This document shows, piece by piece, positions 32,461 through 40,593 of a stretch of DNA of 64,000 bases. The position numbers were made by a program, and so were the translations under genes. Each line of letters starts with the position of its first letter. Within the stretch, counting starts at the first letter, position 1. The notes below the pieces were generated by a model. It was given only the letters and a program-made list of their open reading frames with translations. It was not told where the DNA came from and made no database searches. The stretch is from a virus: positions 12,580 through 76,579 of IMG/VR virus record IMGVR_UViG_3300045988_174353; one strand, given 5' to 3'.

Positions 32461-35006
32461 ATCTTATCCCCGCCGATATATACGCCGTTAAGTCGAATGC
32501 CGCAATACATCCGCGCTCCTGTCGACGCCATCTCGGTTTTTATGTTTGCCAAACGCTGTAATCTTTCTCGAAATACAGTTTCTTTGAGTTGTAATTCGTT
32601 ATTATCTTTCGCCCAAGTCTTAAACGCCGCAAACATTTCTTTTGCTTCTGTTTTGCTATGCTGAGTAAGTTTACATTCGTCTTTAACAAATTGAGCAACA
32701 ACATCCATTTTTTGTCTGTATTTCGCTTTGTCTTCTGTGAATATCTTACTTTCGGCAAAATTGCAGTTCTCGCCTTTTGCATTTCTTGTGTTCCAATACT
32801 TTACAAATCCCTGAATACACCAGCCGAGAATCTGCGGGTATTCTCTTTGCAATTTTTCGGGCAAGAACTTATCTTTTTTATCGCCCGTAAATGAATTGAT
32901 AAACGGCAAAGTTTTCGGTCTTCTCCAAATGCCTTCGTCCGTACCCGTTATTATAGGACGGTTATTCGTCGACATCCAAATCTTAAACTGCGGATAAAAT
33001 TCAAAAGGCTGTCCGAATTTGAACTGCGCTTGTATCTTATCTCCGCCCGTCAAAAGTTTAATCTGTGATTCTGCGAGTTTCCCGCCGTTATCCGTTTCGC
33101 CTGTTTCGACAAATCGAACTCCGCGGAGTCTTGCCAATGCAAATTCTACCGCTGACGAAGTATTATTTTTTTGTGCCATTAAAATCGCACTCGGAATTGC
33201 AGACGAATAATCGCCCATAATCTTCGCTACTGTTTCGGTCAAAGTTGATTTACCGTTCGAGCCTATGCCGTAAAGCAGAAACATTACCTGCTCTTTCGTC
33301 GAACCTGACAATGAATAACCCAAATAGGTTTGTACCGCATTTACACATTCTTCCGCGTCGTATATGTTATTATCCGACGGCATAAAGACGCTACGAAGAA
33401 ATTTTAACCATTCTGTCGGTTCTTCAAACGAAACTTTAATATTCGTATTTTTAGACATATAATAGTCTTTGGCAGTTTCTTGCGGAAGTATTTCACCCGT
33501 TCTCAAATCAACAACGCCAGATTCGGTGTTAAGCAGATACGGGTCCTGGTCGAATAGAGTATTTTCAACCGCCATTTTACCCGTATGCTTTAATTCGGCG
33601 AGCATAGCGTCTTTCCCCGCCTTATTCGACACCTTTTTGGTGTTTTTAATAAGTTCGGCAAGAAACGCTACAAGTTCCTGCGATTTCGCGTCATTGCCCT
33701 CTTTTTGGGCTTCTAATGCCTGTGCATGAATTTCGTCTTCTTCGGCTTTTAATATTGCGATAAATTTATCCGCATATTTACGGATAATGTCTTTCGTATC
33801 TTTTACCCAAGTCTTACCCGTCCAAAACATAAAGCATTCGTCGGTCGTATTATATCTGAAGATTTCTCCAAAATAATCGTAAAACCGCTCTGCATTGCCT
33901 GTATCGGTCAAGGGGTATCGCTTGAATATCTTTTTTATGCGGAATATCGGCTCGCCTTCGTCGTCAATATTCATAGTTAAACCGTCAGGATTTAATTCGG
34001 TCGACGACAATTCGGTATTCCCTGATTCAGAACGAATAGTAAATTTTTTATCCGCAACAGTCATTCCGCGAGTATCGCCGTTTGTGAATAGTCTTTCACC
34101 CGAATATCCGCCATCGCACGTTTGAATTGCTTTTAACAATGTCTTCTCGCCATAAGTGTATTCGCCGCGATATTCGTCCCATTTGTCACGCATTAAAGCC
34201 GAACTACGGAATATTCTATCCATTTGCGCTTTATCGCCGTTGCACCACCACGCAAGCATATTACAGAAAGACATATCCGCCGAACTCGCATCTCCACCGT
34301 CCATAGATATATCGCCATCGTGATAATACGCATAGAATTTCGCGTCCTGTTTACTCGCCAATGCGGTGTTAAGAATTTCATCATCGGACAGCACCAATGC
34401 GGAACGGTTCGGCTCTCTTTTAACTACGTTTTGAGCGTATTCGGATTTAACGTACTTCTCCCATAACGGTTTGACTTCTTCGGAACGTTCGTTAATCGTC
34501 GTATTACGAATTGTATTGCCCGTAAACGCAAAAAAACGACCCGAATCATACATTTCCACACAGCCCTTACGACGACTACCTTCGGGAAGTTGTCCTGCGC
34601 AAATAATGTGTATACCTTTCCCGCTTTGCGAATATTCGGTGTAAGAATCCAACGCGTCGATAAATTGAGTCGAAAAGGTTTTGAACTCTTCGTCGCTCAT
34701 CGGGACATTGCCGTCTTTATCTGCATGGTTGTCAAGGTCAATACCGAATATTCCAAACCCAAGAACAAATCCAATACCGTCGTGATGATACTTTACACAG
34801 CCGTTTAACGCGTTGTTAAAAGTCGTCCATGTAATTTCGTCGTTGACTTTCGCCTTTTTGCCAGTCAAAGCATTATAAGGGCGTTTTGTCGTTTTCCCGT
34901 CTTCCGTCCCTTCGACGTTAAAGCACACCCATCTCTTCAGTGCCTTGAGTTCGCTCGGAACGCTTTTATATTTTTCTTGTAATGCATGTAAGTCCATATA
35001 GTACAC
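32457..35006 (-). CDS. bifunctional primase-polymerase / D5-P4-type SF3 helicase
   Basis: N-terminal Prim-Pol motif GIGFVLGFGIFGIDLDNH. C-terminal P-loop LLYGIGSNGKSTL with ARLRGVRFVETGE. 849 aa. The start is GTG 35006 or ATG 34997. Confidence 0.85.
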   Translation of the reverse strand: MYYMDLHALQEKYKSVPSELKALKRWVCFNVEGTEDGKTTKRPYNALTGKKAKVNDEITWTTFNNALNGCVKYHHDGIGFVLGFGIFGIDLDNHADKDGNVPMSDEEFKTFSTQFIDALDSYTEYSQSGKGIHIICAGQLPEGSRRKGCVEMYDSGRFFAFTGNTIRNTTINERSEEVKPLWEKYVKSEYAQNVVKREPNRSALVLSDDEILNTALASKQDAKFYAYYHDGDISMDGGDASSADMSFCNMLAWWCNGDKAQMDRIFRSSALMRDKWDEYRGEYTYGEKTLLKAIQTCDGGYSGERLFTNGDTRGMTVADKKFTIRSESGNTELSSTELNPDGLTMNIDDEGEPIFRIKKIFKRYPLTDTGNAERFYDYFGEIFRYNTTDECFMFWTGKTWVKDTKDIIRKYADKFIAILKAEEDEIHAQALEAQKEGNDAKSQELVAFLAELIKNTKKVSNKAGKDAMLAELKHTGKMAVENTLFDQDPYLLNTESGVVDLRTGEILPQETAKDYYMSKNTNIKVSFEEPTEWLKFLRSVFMPSDNNIYDAEECVNAVQTYLGYSLSGSTKEQVMFLLYGIGSNGKSTLTETVAKIMGDYSSAIPSAILMAQKNNTSSAVEFALARLRGVRFVETGETDNGGKLAESQIKLLTGGDKIQAQFKFGQPFEFYPQFKIWMSTNNRPIITGTDEGIWRRPKTLPFINSFTGDKKDKFLPEKLQREYPQILGWCIQGFVKYWNTRNAKGENCNFAESKIFTEDKAKYRQKMDVVAQFVKDECKLTQHSKTEAKEMFAAFKTWAKDNNELQLKETVFRERLQRLANIKTEMASTGARMYCGIRLNGVYIGGDKI

Positions 35007-35025
35007 CGATTTTTCTTTTAATGAA

Positions 35026-35101
35026 AGGCGGCTACGGATTTGAACCGCAACGAGCCGAAAGGTAATATGCTGTGCTTGTGGAGACCTTTTCTCTGCCGCC
35101 T
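35026..35101 (-). other. tRNA-like element (acceptor, D-like and T arms, but no anticodon arm); not called as a tRNA
   Basis: Minus strand reads AGGCGGC..GAGA-aaagg-TCTC..(31 nt)..TGCGG-TTCAAAT-CCGTA-GCCGCCT. It has a 7-bp acceptor and a consensus T-loop, but no 5-bp/7-nt/5-bp anticodon arm can be drawn. Confidence 0.4.
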
Positions 35102-35138
35102 ATAAAAGTCCGCAATACTCTTTCTTATCACGGACTTT
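35101..35138 (-). terminator. putative terminator after SSB gene
   Basis: AAAGTCCG (35138-35131) pairs with CGGACTTT (35112-35105) on the minus strand, followed by TATA. Confidence 0.35.
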
Positions 35139-35158
35139 GCTGTGTTGATATTTAGAAA

Positions 35159-35623
35159 TTAGAAAGGCAAATCTTCACTTACTTCCGTAAGCGTCGGCTT
35201 TTCGGTTTTCGGAAGGTGTTCCGTCGTTCTGTACGAACAATAGCCGACAATACTTTTTGCGGGATAATCGCCTTGCGCTTCTTGCGTTTCAATCGATATA
35301 ATCATGTTCTGACCGTTGATATACTGAATAAGTTCATCGTAATCGTTGAAATCCATCTTTGCGCAGGGAATCGCCATAAGAATGGCGTTAATCTTCGAAG
35401 CGTTGTATTCGCCCGTCGTTTTACTCTTGTAAATCCCGTCGAATACCATTCTGCCGCCGAACTTCTGTTCTACGTCTTTACGAATTGTAAACTTACAGTT
35501 TATGTAAGGCTCATTCGTCGATTTTGTTTTTGCCCATTCCGCTTCGAGCGTAACTTCGTAATCGCCTTCCGCGATGGGTTCAAATTCTTTGTTTTCCTGT
35601 ACTTTTCCGTCAAAATGCAACAT
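35159..35623 (-). CDS. DUF669-type single-stranded DNA-binding protein
   Basis: 154 aa. The opening FEPIAEGDYEVTLEAEW...YINCKFTI is typical of DUF669, and the C-terminal acidic tail SEDLPF resembles the SSB D-(D/I)-(L/I)-P-F tip. Confidence 0.6.
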   Translation of the reverse strand: MLHFDGKVQENKEFEPIAEGDYEVTLEAEWAKTKSTNEPYINCKFTIRKDVEQKFGGRMVFDGIYKSKTTGEYNASKINAILMAIPCAKMDFNDYDELIQYINGQNMIISIETQEAQGDYPAKSIVGYCSYRTTEHLPKTEKPTLTEVSEDLPF

Positions 35624-35640
35624 ATTGTTTAATCTCCTTT

Positions 35641-36138
35641 TTAATTATTGTTTTCGGTGTTGCCGTTTTTGCTTAAATATTCTGCCTTACATTCCGCCGA
35701 GCAAATGCCCGCGCCGTATGCCTTTTTCGTCGCAAGATAGGTTTTTTTATCTATAACCTTTCCGCAAACTTCACAAGCATAAACTTCTTCTGCGGGGACT
35801 TCCGCTCTGATACGAAGACAAGGAACTATATCTCGTGCGAATTTCGTAGTCGTAGCAAAGATTTTAATTCTCTTGCCTATCCAGTTTTCGATTTCGCCCG
35901 TCTTGTAGATTTTCTCTATGGTTTTGCAATTCGTTTTATTGAGAACCATAGGTTTAACTTCTACGCCGTCTACGTTCGTTTCTTCAAAGTGCGCGACAAT
36001 ACAGTCTTCGCTCTTTCCGCCCTCGGAAGTTACGCGTTCACGTTTTATTTCTTTAATCGTAAGTACAACGTCTTCCGTTCTGCCTTCAAGCGAATACGCT
36101 CCAAGGTAGTCATAATTTGCCAAATTTTTCCAGTGCAT
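35641..36138 (-). CDS. hypothetical protein with C-terminal zinc-finger-like motif
   Basis: 165 aa containing CEVCGKV...CSAEC. Confidence 0.6.
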   Translation of the reverse strand: MHWKNLANYDYLGAYSLEGRTEDVVLTIKEIKRERVTSEGGKSEDCIVAHFEETNVDGVEVKPMVLNKTNCKTIEKIYKTGEIENWIGKRIKIFATTTKFARDIVPCLRIRAEVPAEEVYACEVCGKVIDKKTYLATKKAYGAGICSAECKAEYLSKNGNTENNN

Positions 36139-36155
36139 AATGATACTCCTTCATT

Positions 36156-36998
36156 TTATTTTACCGAATTTTCTTCGGGTTTTACCTTTTCATCGTTACT
36201 TTCTATGCCTTCTTCGCGAAGTTCATCTCCGCTCATTCCCGCATACTCGTAACTTATCAATCTTGCCTTTTTCGACGACCTGCAATACGGACATTTCTCA
36301 CAACGATGCGGAGCGACTTTCCCCTGCCTTATTTGCATATATCGCGGTAAATTGTTTCTGACCGTCTGTAACGCCTTATCCAATGCGTCCTGCGGGATTT
36401 CAAACAGCCCTATATCAGGCGGATTCTCTTTCGTCGCACAGACTAAATAGCAGGGCAGTACTTTGCCTGTATTCTGTCGTACAATTTCTTGAAAAATGGC
36501 AAGTTCGATATCGTAGTCGAAAGCCTCCACAAAATTGACATACGCTCTATATGCGTCCGACCAAACTTTGTTAAAGTCTTTCATAATCTTCAAGTCGACT
36601 ATCGCTTCGTCTTTCAGATACGAGTCCATTTTAATTTTGAATGGAACGCCGTCTATCTCTCCCGACATTATCGCTTGCTTTTCGCCGCTCATATAATGAA
36701 CAAGCAACGGGTCTTGCTCTATGCGTGTGATTATCTCGTCTGCCTTTACAAAATCTTTTTTCAGTTCGCCCGTCCTGCTGTTATACATTTCGGGATGAAG
36801 TGCCTGAAATTCGGGCATTTCGCCACTGAAATGAGCATCCACATAAGAACCTACTAAAAATGCAGTAGTCGGTTCCGTTTTGTAGTCGGCAAACGCCGCC
36901 GCTTCGCAGTCCAAAAATTTAGAAAACCGCGAGTAAGACAAATAATAATGATTGTCTTTGTAATTTTCTTTTGTTAAAATCTTTTCTTCGTCTATCAC
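36156..36998 (-). CDS. PD-(D/E)XK exonuclease, Cas4/RecB-like with C-terminal Cys cluster
   Basis: VDLKIMKD (D-x-K), N-terminal Cys FLDCEAA and C-terminal CEKCPYC. The likely start is GTG 36998, overlapping the upstream TGA (GTGA). The track start 37040 overlaps the HTH gene by 46 nt. Confidence 0.65.
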   Translation of the reverse strand: MIDEEKILTKENYKDNHYYLSYSRFSKFLDCEAAAFADYKTEPTTAFLVGSYVDAHFSGEMPEFQALHPEMYNSRTGELKKDFVKADEIITRIEQDPLLVHYMSGEKQAIMSGEIDGVPFKIKMDSYLKDEAIVDLKIMKDFNKVWSDAYRAYVNFVEAFDYDIELAIFQEIVRQNTGKVLPCYLVCATKENPPDIGLFEIPQDALDKALQTVRNNLPRYMQIRQGKVAPHRCEKCPYCRSSKKARLISYEYAGMSGDELREEGIESNDEKVKPEENSVK

Positions 36999-37216
36999 TT
37001 CTGTATTGTAGAAGCCTTGAAAAGCGCGTCGTAAGAACAATGCAACGCCTCGGACAATTTATATATTGTCTGCGAAGTCGGTTCGCAAATGCCTTCGCGT
37101 AAATTGCGTAACTGTCCGACCGAAATTCCCGACATAGTCGATAGTTTCGTCATTGACAATCCGCGTTCTTCAAGAACTCTTCTAAACTCCTCGCTGAATT
37201 TACTTTTCGCTGTCAT
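36995..37216 (-). CDS. XRE-family HTH transcriptional regulator
   Basis: ATG 37216 follows an AAGGAG RBS. Contains FRRVLEERGLSMTKLSTMSGISVGQLRNLREG. Confidence 0.75.
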   Translation of the reverse strand: MTAKSKFSEEFRRVLEERGLSMTKLSTMSGISVGQLRNLREGICEPTSQTIYKLSEALHCSYDALFKASTIQK

Positions 37217-37277
37217 AAACACTCCTTTTATAAATAAAATATTTTTGACAGCATATATTTAATCTCCACTGATTATT

Positions 37278-37622
37278 TTAGCCCTTTGTATGTTTCAATG
37301 CTTCATCTATTTTTGTCTGAATTTTCTTCATATCGCCTAACGATATCAAATCCAACAGATTGATAGACTTAAACATATCGCTCGCGACGACCTCACCGCT
37401 ATCGGTTATATAAATCAACGCGGGCGGAATAGCATATTCCACTTTAACTCCGTATACAGCGTTCGTCGCGTCGAAAAACACCGCCGCTTTGTCTACGCTC
37501 AACCTAATATTTTGCAATCTTTCTTTCTGTTGGTCGTAGAGTTTAGCCTTATGCATCGCGCCGTCATTCATGTCGGCAAGCATTGCTTTAATCTCTTTTA
37601 TATCCGATTTTACCGTAGCCAT
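37278..37622 (-). CDS. hypothetical protein
   Basis: 114-aa ORF lying between the two HTH genes. Confidence 0.6.
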   Translation of the reverse strand: MATVKSDIKEIKAMLADMNDGAMHKAKLYDQQKERLQNIRLSVDKAAVFFDATNAVYGVKVEYAIPPALIYITDSGEVVASDMFKSINLLDLISLGDMKKIQTKIDEALKHTKG

Positions 37623-37625
37623 AAT

Positions 37626-37898
37626 TTATTCCTCGTCGGTCATTTCTTCGTTAATATAAGCAATCATCCGCCGTCTTTCTTCGTTGTTCTTCGGTTTAAT
37701 CTTAAAATTATCCGCGCCGTATAAATCTATCGGATTACAATTGAATATTTCGCACATTACCGCTTGTATTCTCGGCGTAAGACTACCGCATTCGGGGCTT
37801 TCCCACCAAATGACCGACGCACGAGATACTCCGATTCTGTCGGCAAAATCTTGCTGTGATATTCCTAATGTGCCTCTCAACTTTTTAATGTTTAACAT
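37626..37898 (-). CDS. XRE-family HTH transcriptional regulator
   Basis: ATG 37898 follows a GAGGTGAG RBS. Contains LNIKKLRGTLGISQQDFADRIGVSRASVIWWE. Confidence 0.75.
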   Translation of the reverse strand: MLNIKKLRGTLGISQQDFADRIGVSRASVIWWESPECGSLTPRIQAVMCEIFNCNPIDLYGADNFKIKPKNNEERRRMIAYINEEMTDEE

Positions 37899-37922
37899 TA
37901 CTCTCACCTCACTTGCAAGGGC

Positions 37923-37951
37923 ATTTTAACACATAAAAAAAATATTGTCAA
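37923..37951 (-). promoter_or_regulatory. sigma-70/sigma-A type promoter of the early/replication operon
   Basis: Minus strand reads AAAATGC-TTGACA (37951-37946), 17-nt spacer, TAAAAT (37928-37923). Confidence 0.7.
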
Positions 37952-37991
37952 GCATTTTCTCGACAATATTTTAATTTTTTTTAAGATTTTT
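37938..37991. repeat. 54-bp conserved intergenic cassette, copy 2
   Basis: 51 of 54 nt identical to 27191-27244. Palindrome ATATTGTC..GACAATAT with flanking A/T runs. Confidence 0.85.
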
Positions 37992-37998
37992 ATTTTGC

Positions 37999-38430
37999 TT
38001 AAATAGAACGCGGATAACGATAATAATTTTTTATTACGCGATTCAAAAGTCCACACGATTGAAGCGCGTCCGTAGCAGGTACGCATAACCCAATTTCCTC
38101 GATTTCGGCACGAGTTATAACTTTGCCTTTCTCAATATCGTAGCCAGAATCGGTCATAAGGTCGCCGTTGCGCAATACATATTCCGCCTGCTTGATTATA
38201 GCACGTTTCAAACAGTTTAATTGATAATCGGTCAGATTATCCCAGCGATAAACTCTGAAAGATAAATGGTCGACGCGGAACATTAAGTCCTCTTCGACAT
38301 TTTTCAGAAATAAATTGCTTTTATTCGATTCGTTCTCGTTAGGTTGTAAAATCGCGTCAAGACTTCTTCCCGTATAATTGAAAAAGTCGTCGGGTGTTAC
38401 AAACTTTGGAGCGGTAGTAAATTCGGTCAT
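37999..38430 (-). CDS. hypothetical protein (monocistronic unit)
   Basis: ATG 38430 (MTEFTTAPKFVTPDDFFNYTG..) follows a GCGAGGTG RBS. The gene is bracketed by promoter 38455-38483 and the palindromic cassette at 37938-37991. Confidence 0.65.
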   Translation of the reverse strand: MTEFTTAPKFVTPDDFFNYTGRSLDAILQPNENESNKSNLFLKNVEEDLMFRVDHLSFRVYRWDNLTDYQLNCLKRAIIKQAEYVLRNGDLMTDSGYDIEKGKVITRAEIEEIGLCVPATDALQSCGLLNRVIKNYYRYPRSI

Positions 38431-38454
38431 ACTTCGGACACCTCGCTTAACTAT

Positions 38455-38483
38455 AATATACACCCTTTATTTTAATTTGTCAA
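38455..38483 (-). promoter_or_regulatory. sigma-70/sigma-A type promoter
   Basis: Minus strand reads TTGACA (38483-38478), 17-nt spacer, TATATT (38460-38455). Confidence 0.65.
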
Positions 38484-38510
38484 GAAAAACCCCGAAAAAA
38501 CTTTTCGGGG
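38484..38510 (-). terminator. rho-independent terminator
   Basis: Minus strand reads CCCCGAAAA-gtt-TTTTCGGGG (9-bp stem) followed by TTTTTTC, 8 nt after the stop at 38519. Confidence 0.85.
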
Positions 38511-38518
38511 CTGTAATT

Positions 38519-39085
38519 TTAACACATTTCGACTTTGTAACCGTCTTTCAACCGATTTTCGAACTTTTCATGCAGTTCTTTTTGGTCGTACATAACGTAG
38601 TTTGCATCGTAACCTACCGCTTTGTAATCAAGCATAAGTCTTGTAGCGCATTTCAGATTTTTATCGACGCATTTAATTAATTCGTTGATTTTATCGGCTT
38701 CCGCAATTTTTGCGTTATCTGTAAGAATCTTGAAACGAGTCTCATAATATTTTTTCGTTTCGGATTCCCACATAACCCATTTCTCAACTGCTTCGGAAAG
38801 ATATTTTTTGCGTGTTCCCGTATCGACGTCGGCTCGAACATGACTATACCATGACGAATCGATATAATCTTCGCGGGCTATATCGTTTTCTTTTATAAGC
38901 CTGTTCAAGCGATTCAAAGCGTAGCGGTGCAGTCCGCGTCGTTCGCAAATCGTTTCGATATGTAACGTTTCCATAATGCGTTTTAATCCATGTAACGACA
39001 AGAAGTCAAACATATCCGCCATTTCGCTGTAAAACATTATACTACGGGTCATTCTTGTGCTTATCTCGTTGAAAATTTCAATCAT
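38519..39085 (-). CDS. hypothetical helical protein
   Basis: 188-aa ORF, last gene before the strong terminator. Confidence 0.6.
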   Translation of the reverse strand: MIEIFNEISTRMTRSIMFYSEMADMFDFLSLHGLKRIMETLHIETICERRGLHRYALNRLNRLIKENDIAREDYIDSSWYSHVRADVDTGTRKKYLSEAVEKWVMWESETKKYYETRFKILTDNAKIAEADKINELIKCVDKNLKCATRLMLDYKAVGYDANYVMYDQKELHEKFENRLKDGYKVEMC

Positions 39086-39284
39086 TTCGGTCTATCTCCT
39101 TTAACATTTTAATAATCTGTTCGTTTTGCTCGATGATTTTGGAGAGCATTTTGTTTTGGTTGTTTTGCATTTCTCGCATTATATCATTGACCTGAATTTT
39201 GTTTAGATTCAAGTTCTCAAGCCCAATAATAAATGAAAGCATTGAAACAAAATCAATTATCGAAAATTCCTCTCCAAAATTCAT
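39078..39284 (-). CDS. small protein, BhlA/UviB holin-like architecture (tentative)
   Basis: 68 aa. An N-terminal hydrophobic stretch (FSIIDFVSMLSFIIGL) is followed by a K/N/Q/E-rich coiled coil. The call rests on architecture only. Confidence 0.3.
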   Translation of the reverse strand: MNFGEEFSIIDFVSMLSFIIGLENLNLNKIQVNDIMREMQNNQNKMLSKIIEQNEQIIKMLKEIDRND

Positions 39285-39298
39285 CTCGCACCCCTTTA

Positions 39299-39718
39299 TT
39301 ACAGACTTTCTACGTCAAATTCAACGTTACTCGTTGTGATTGCAAGCGGTCCAGTAATAAGCGTTATGACGTCGTTTGTACAACCGCTCGTCGATTTGAT
39401 AATCGTGCTGAACGAAAGATTTCTTACTTCGGTCGTCGCGGTTGTTATAGTTGTAGACGCTGTTGCTCCTGTTATCGTCGCACCGTTCTGTTGCATTAAA
39501 AGTTGTATCGTCCCAGCAACAGGCGCGGTAAACGTTACGTTTGCGGTTATTTTATATCCGTTCGAACAACGGTCATAAATAACCACGCTATTGCCGACGC
39601 GTTCAATGTTGCAACGGTTATAGCCCGTTGTCAAGGTAGAGCCAATAGGCACTATACTGTTTGCAAGTACCGAAGTCGCGTTTGCGTTTACAGTTTTTAC
39701 ATAAGATTTTCTACTCAT
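39299..39718 (-). CDS. BclA C-terminal/C1q-TNF-like beta-sandwich protein (tentative)
   Basis: 139 aa. The pattern GYKITANVTFTAPVAGTIQLLMQQNGATITGATAS...ITLITGPLAITTSNVEFDVESL resembles the BclA exosporium C-terminal domain. No collagen repeats are present. Confidence 0.4.
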   Translation of the reverse strand: MSRKSYVKTVNANATSVLANSIVPIGSTLTTGYNRCNIERVGNSVVIYDRCSNGYKITANVTFTAPVAGTIQLLMQQNGATITGATASTTITTATTEVRNLSFSTIIKSTSGCTNDVITLITGPLAITTSNVEFDVESL

Positions 39719-39747
39719 AATATTTTAATTCTCCTTAATTTAATTTG

Positions 39748-39785
39748 AAAGGGCGAACGGTTCAAATCCGAGCCGTCCACCCTTT
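39748..39785 (-). promoter_or_regulatory. intergenic stem-loop (attenuator or processing site?)
   Basis: AAAGGG..ACGG-[loop containing TTCAAATCC]-CCGT..CCCTTT, between the stop at 39829 and the start at 39718. No U-tract follows. Confidence 0.3.
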
Positions 39786-39828
39786 GCTTAACAGTTATGG
39801 CTCGTACAGCCGAATGTCTTATTTAATT

Positions 39829-40473
39829 TTAGTAACTTGCGTTGTTGCAACCGCACGCTCCCCCACAGAACGGGGACTGACCTGCGCTATATGCGTAAGT
39901 CATAGGATATCTTACGACACCCGCAACCGCCTGCTGAAGTTCAAGTTGGTTAATCTTGCTCTGCATTTGAGCCATTCTGTCCTGCGAAATCGCGTCGAGG
40001 ACTTTCTGAATGCCCGCAGTTGTGTTGGCGTTGATAAGTGCCGTACTGTTAGCCAACTGAAAGTTGGTTTGGTCGGACGCGCGAAGTAACTGACAGCAAC
40101 ATTGCTGTGCTTGTGCATTACCTTCCGCGACAGCCGCTTCCAAATCTCTTATTTCGCTAAGAGTATTGTAATTAGCGTCTTTAATCGCGGTCTGCAAGTC
40201 GTAACCAGCCTGACGGGTCGCCGCAATACCCTCGTTGTTCTGTCTTTCCAATGCCGCAAAGTTAGACGCTTGCGTTACATCGTTTGCCGTAGCGGGTCTG
40301 TCAGTCATAAAACCGTCATAAACCCCTCTGTTTGCGCCGAAACCACCGAAGCCGCCCATGCCGAACAAAATGAGCAAGGCAAAAAGCCAAATCGATGAGT
40401 CACAGCCGCCGCCGAAGCCCGAATAATTGCCACCTAAAGGCATTACGGGCGTGATTCCCGAAGAACCATCCAT
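39829..40473 (-). CDS. Gly/Cys-rich membrane-anchored coiled-coil protein
   Basis: 214 aa with GGGCDSSIWLFALLILFGMGGFGGFG (TM), a central coiled coil containing QQCCCQ, and the C-terminus SPFCGGACGCNNASY. Confidence 0.6.
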   Translation of the reverse strand: MDGSSGITPVMPLGGNYSGFGGGCDSSIWLFALLILFGMGGFGGFGANRGVYDGFMTDRPATANDVTQASNFAALERQNNEGIAATRQAGYDLQTAIKDANYNTLSEIRDLEAAVAEGNAQAQQCCCQLLRASDQTNFQLANSTALINANTTAGIQKVLDAISQDRMAQMQSKINQLELQQAVAGVVRYPMTYAYSAGQSPFCGGACGCNNASY

Positions 40474-40547
40474 TTTCTTTATCTCCTTTATATTTTTTTA
40501 TATACACATTTGCATTAGTCGACATCTGCAAAAGGCATACCAAACAT

Positions 40548-40576
40548 TTGCAATCTTTATCTTTTTATGTTATACT
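40548..40576 (+). promoter_or_regulatory. putative promoter of the second HNH island
   Basis: TTGCAA (40548-40553), 17-nt spacer, TATACT (40571-40576). An AAGAGG RBS precedes ATG 40594. Confidence 0.5.
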
Positions 40577-40593
40577 TATAGTAAGAGGTAGTT

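Noticed and set aside
35026-35101. Possible tRNA gene (GGTTCAAATCC T-loop, 7-bp acceptor stem)
   Set aside because: No anticodon stem-loop can be formed in any register of the central 31 nt, so it is not annotated as a tRNA. It is kept as a tRNA-like element in the findings.
39748-39785. Second GGTTCAAATCC-containing sequence that looks like a tRNA T-arm
   Set aside because: The motif sits in the loop of a simple intergenic hairpin (AAAGGG..ACGG / CCGT..CCCTTT). There is no acceptor stem and no D or anticodon arm.
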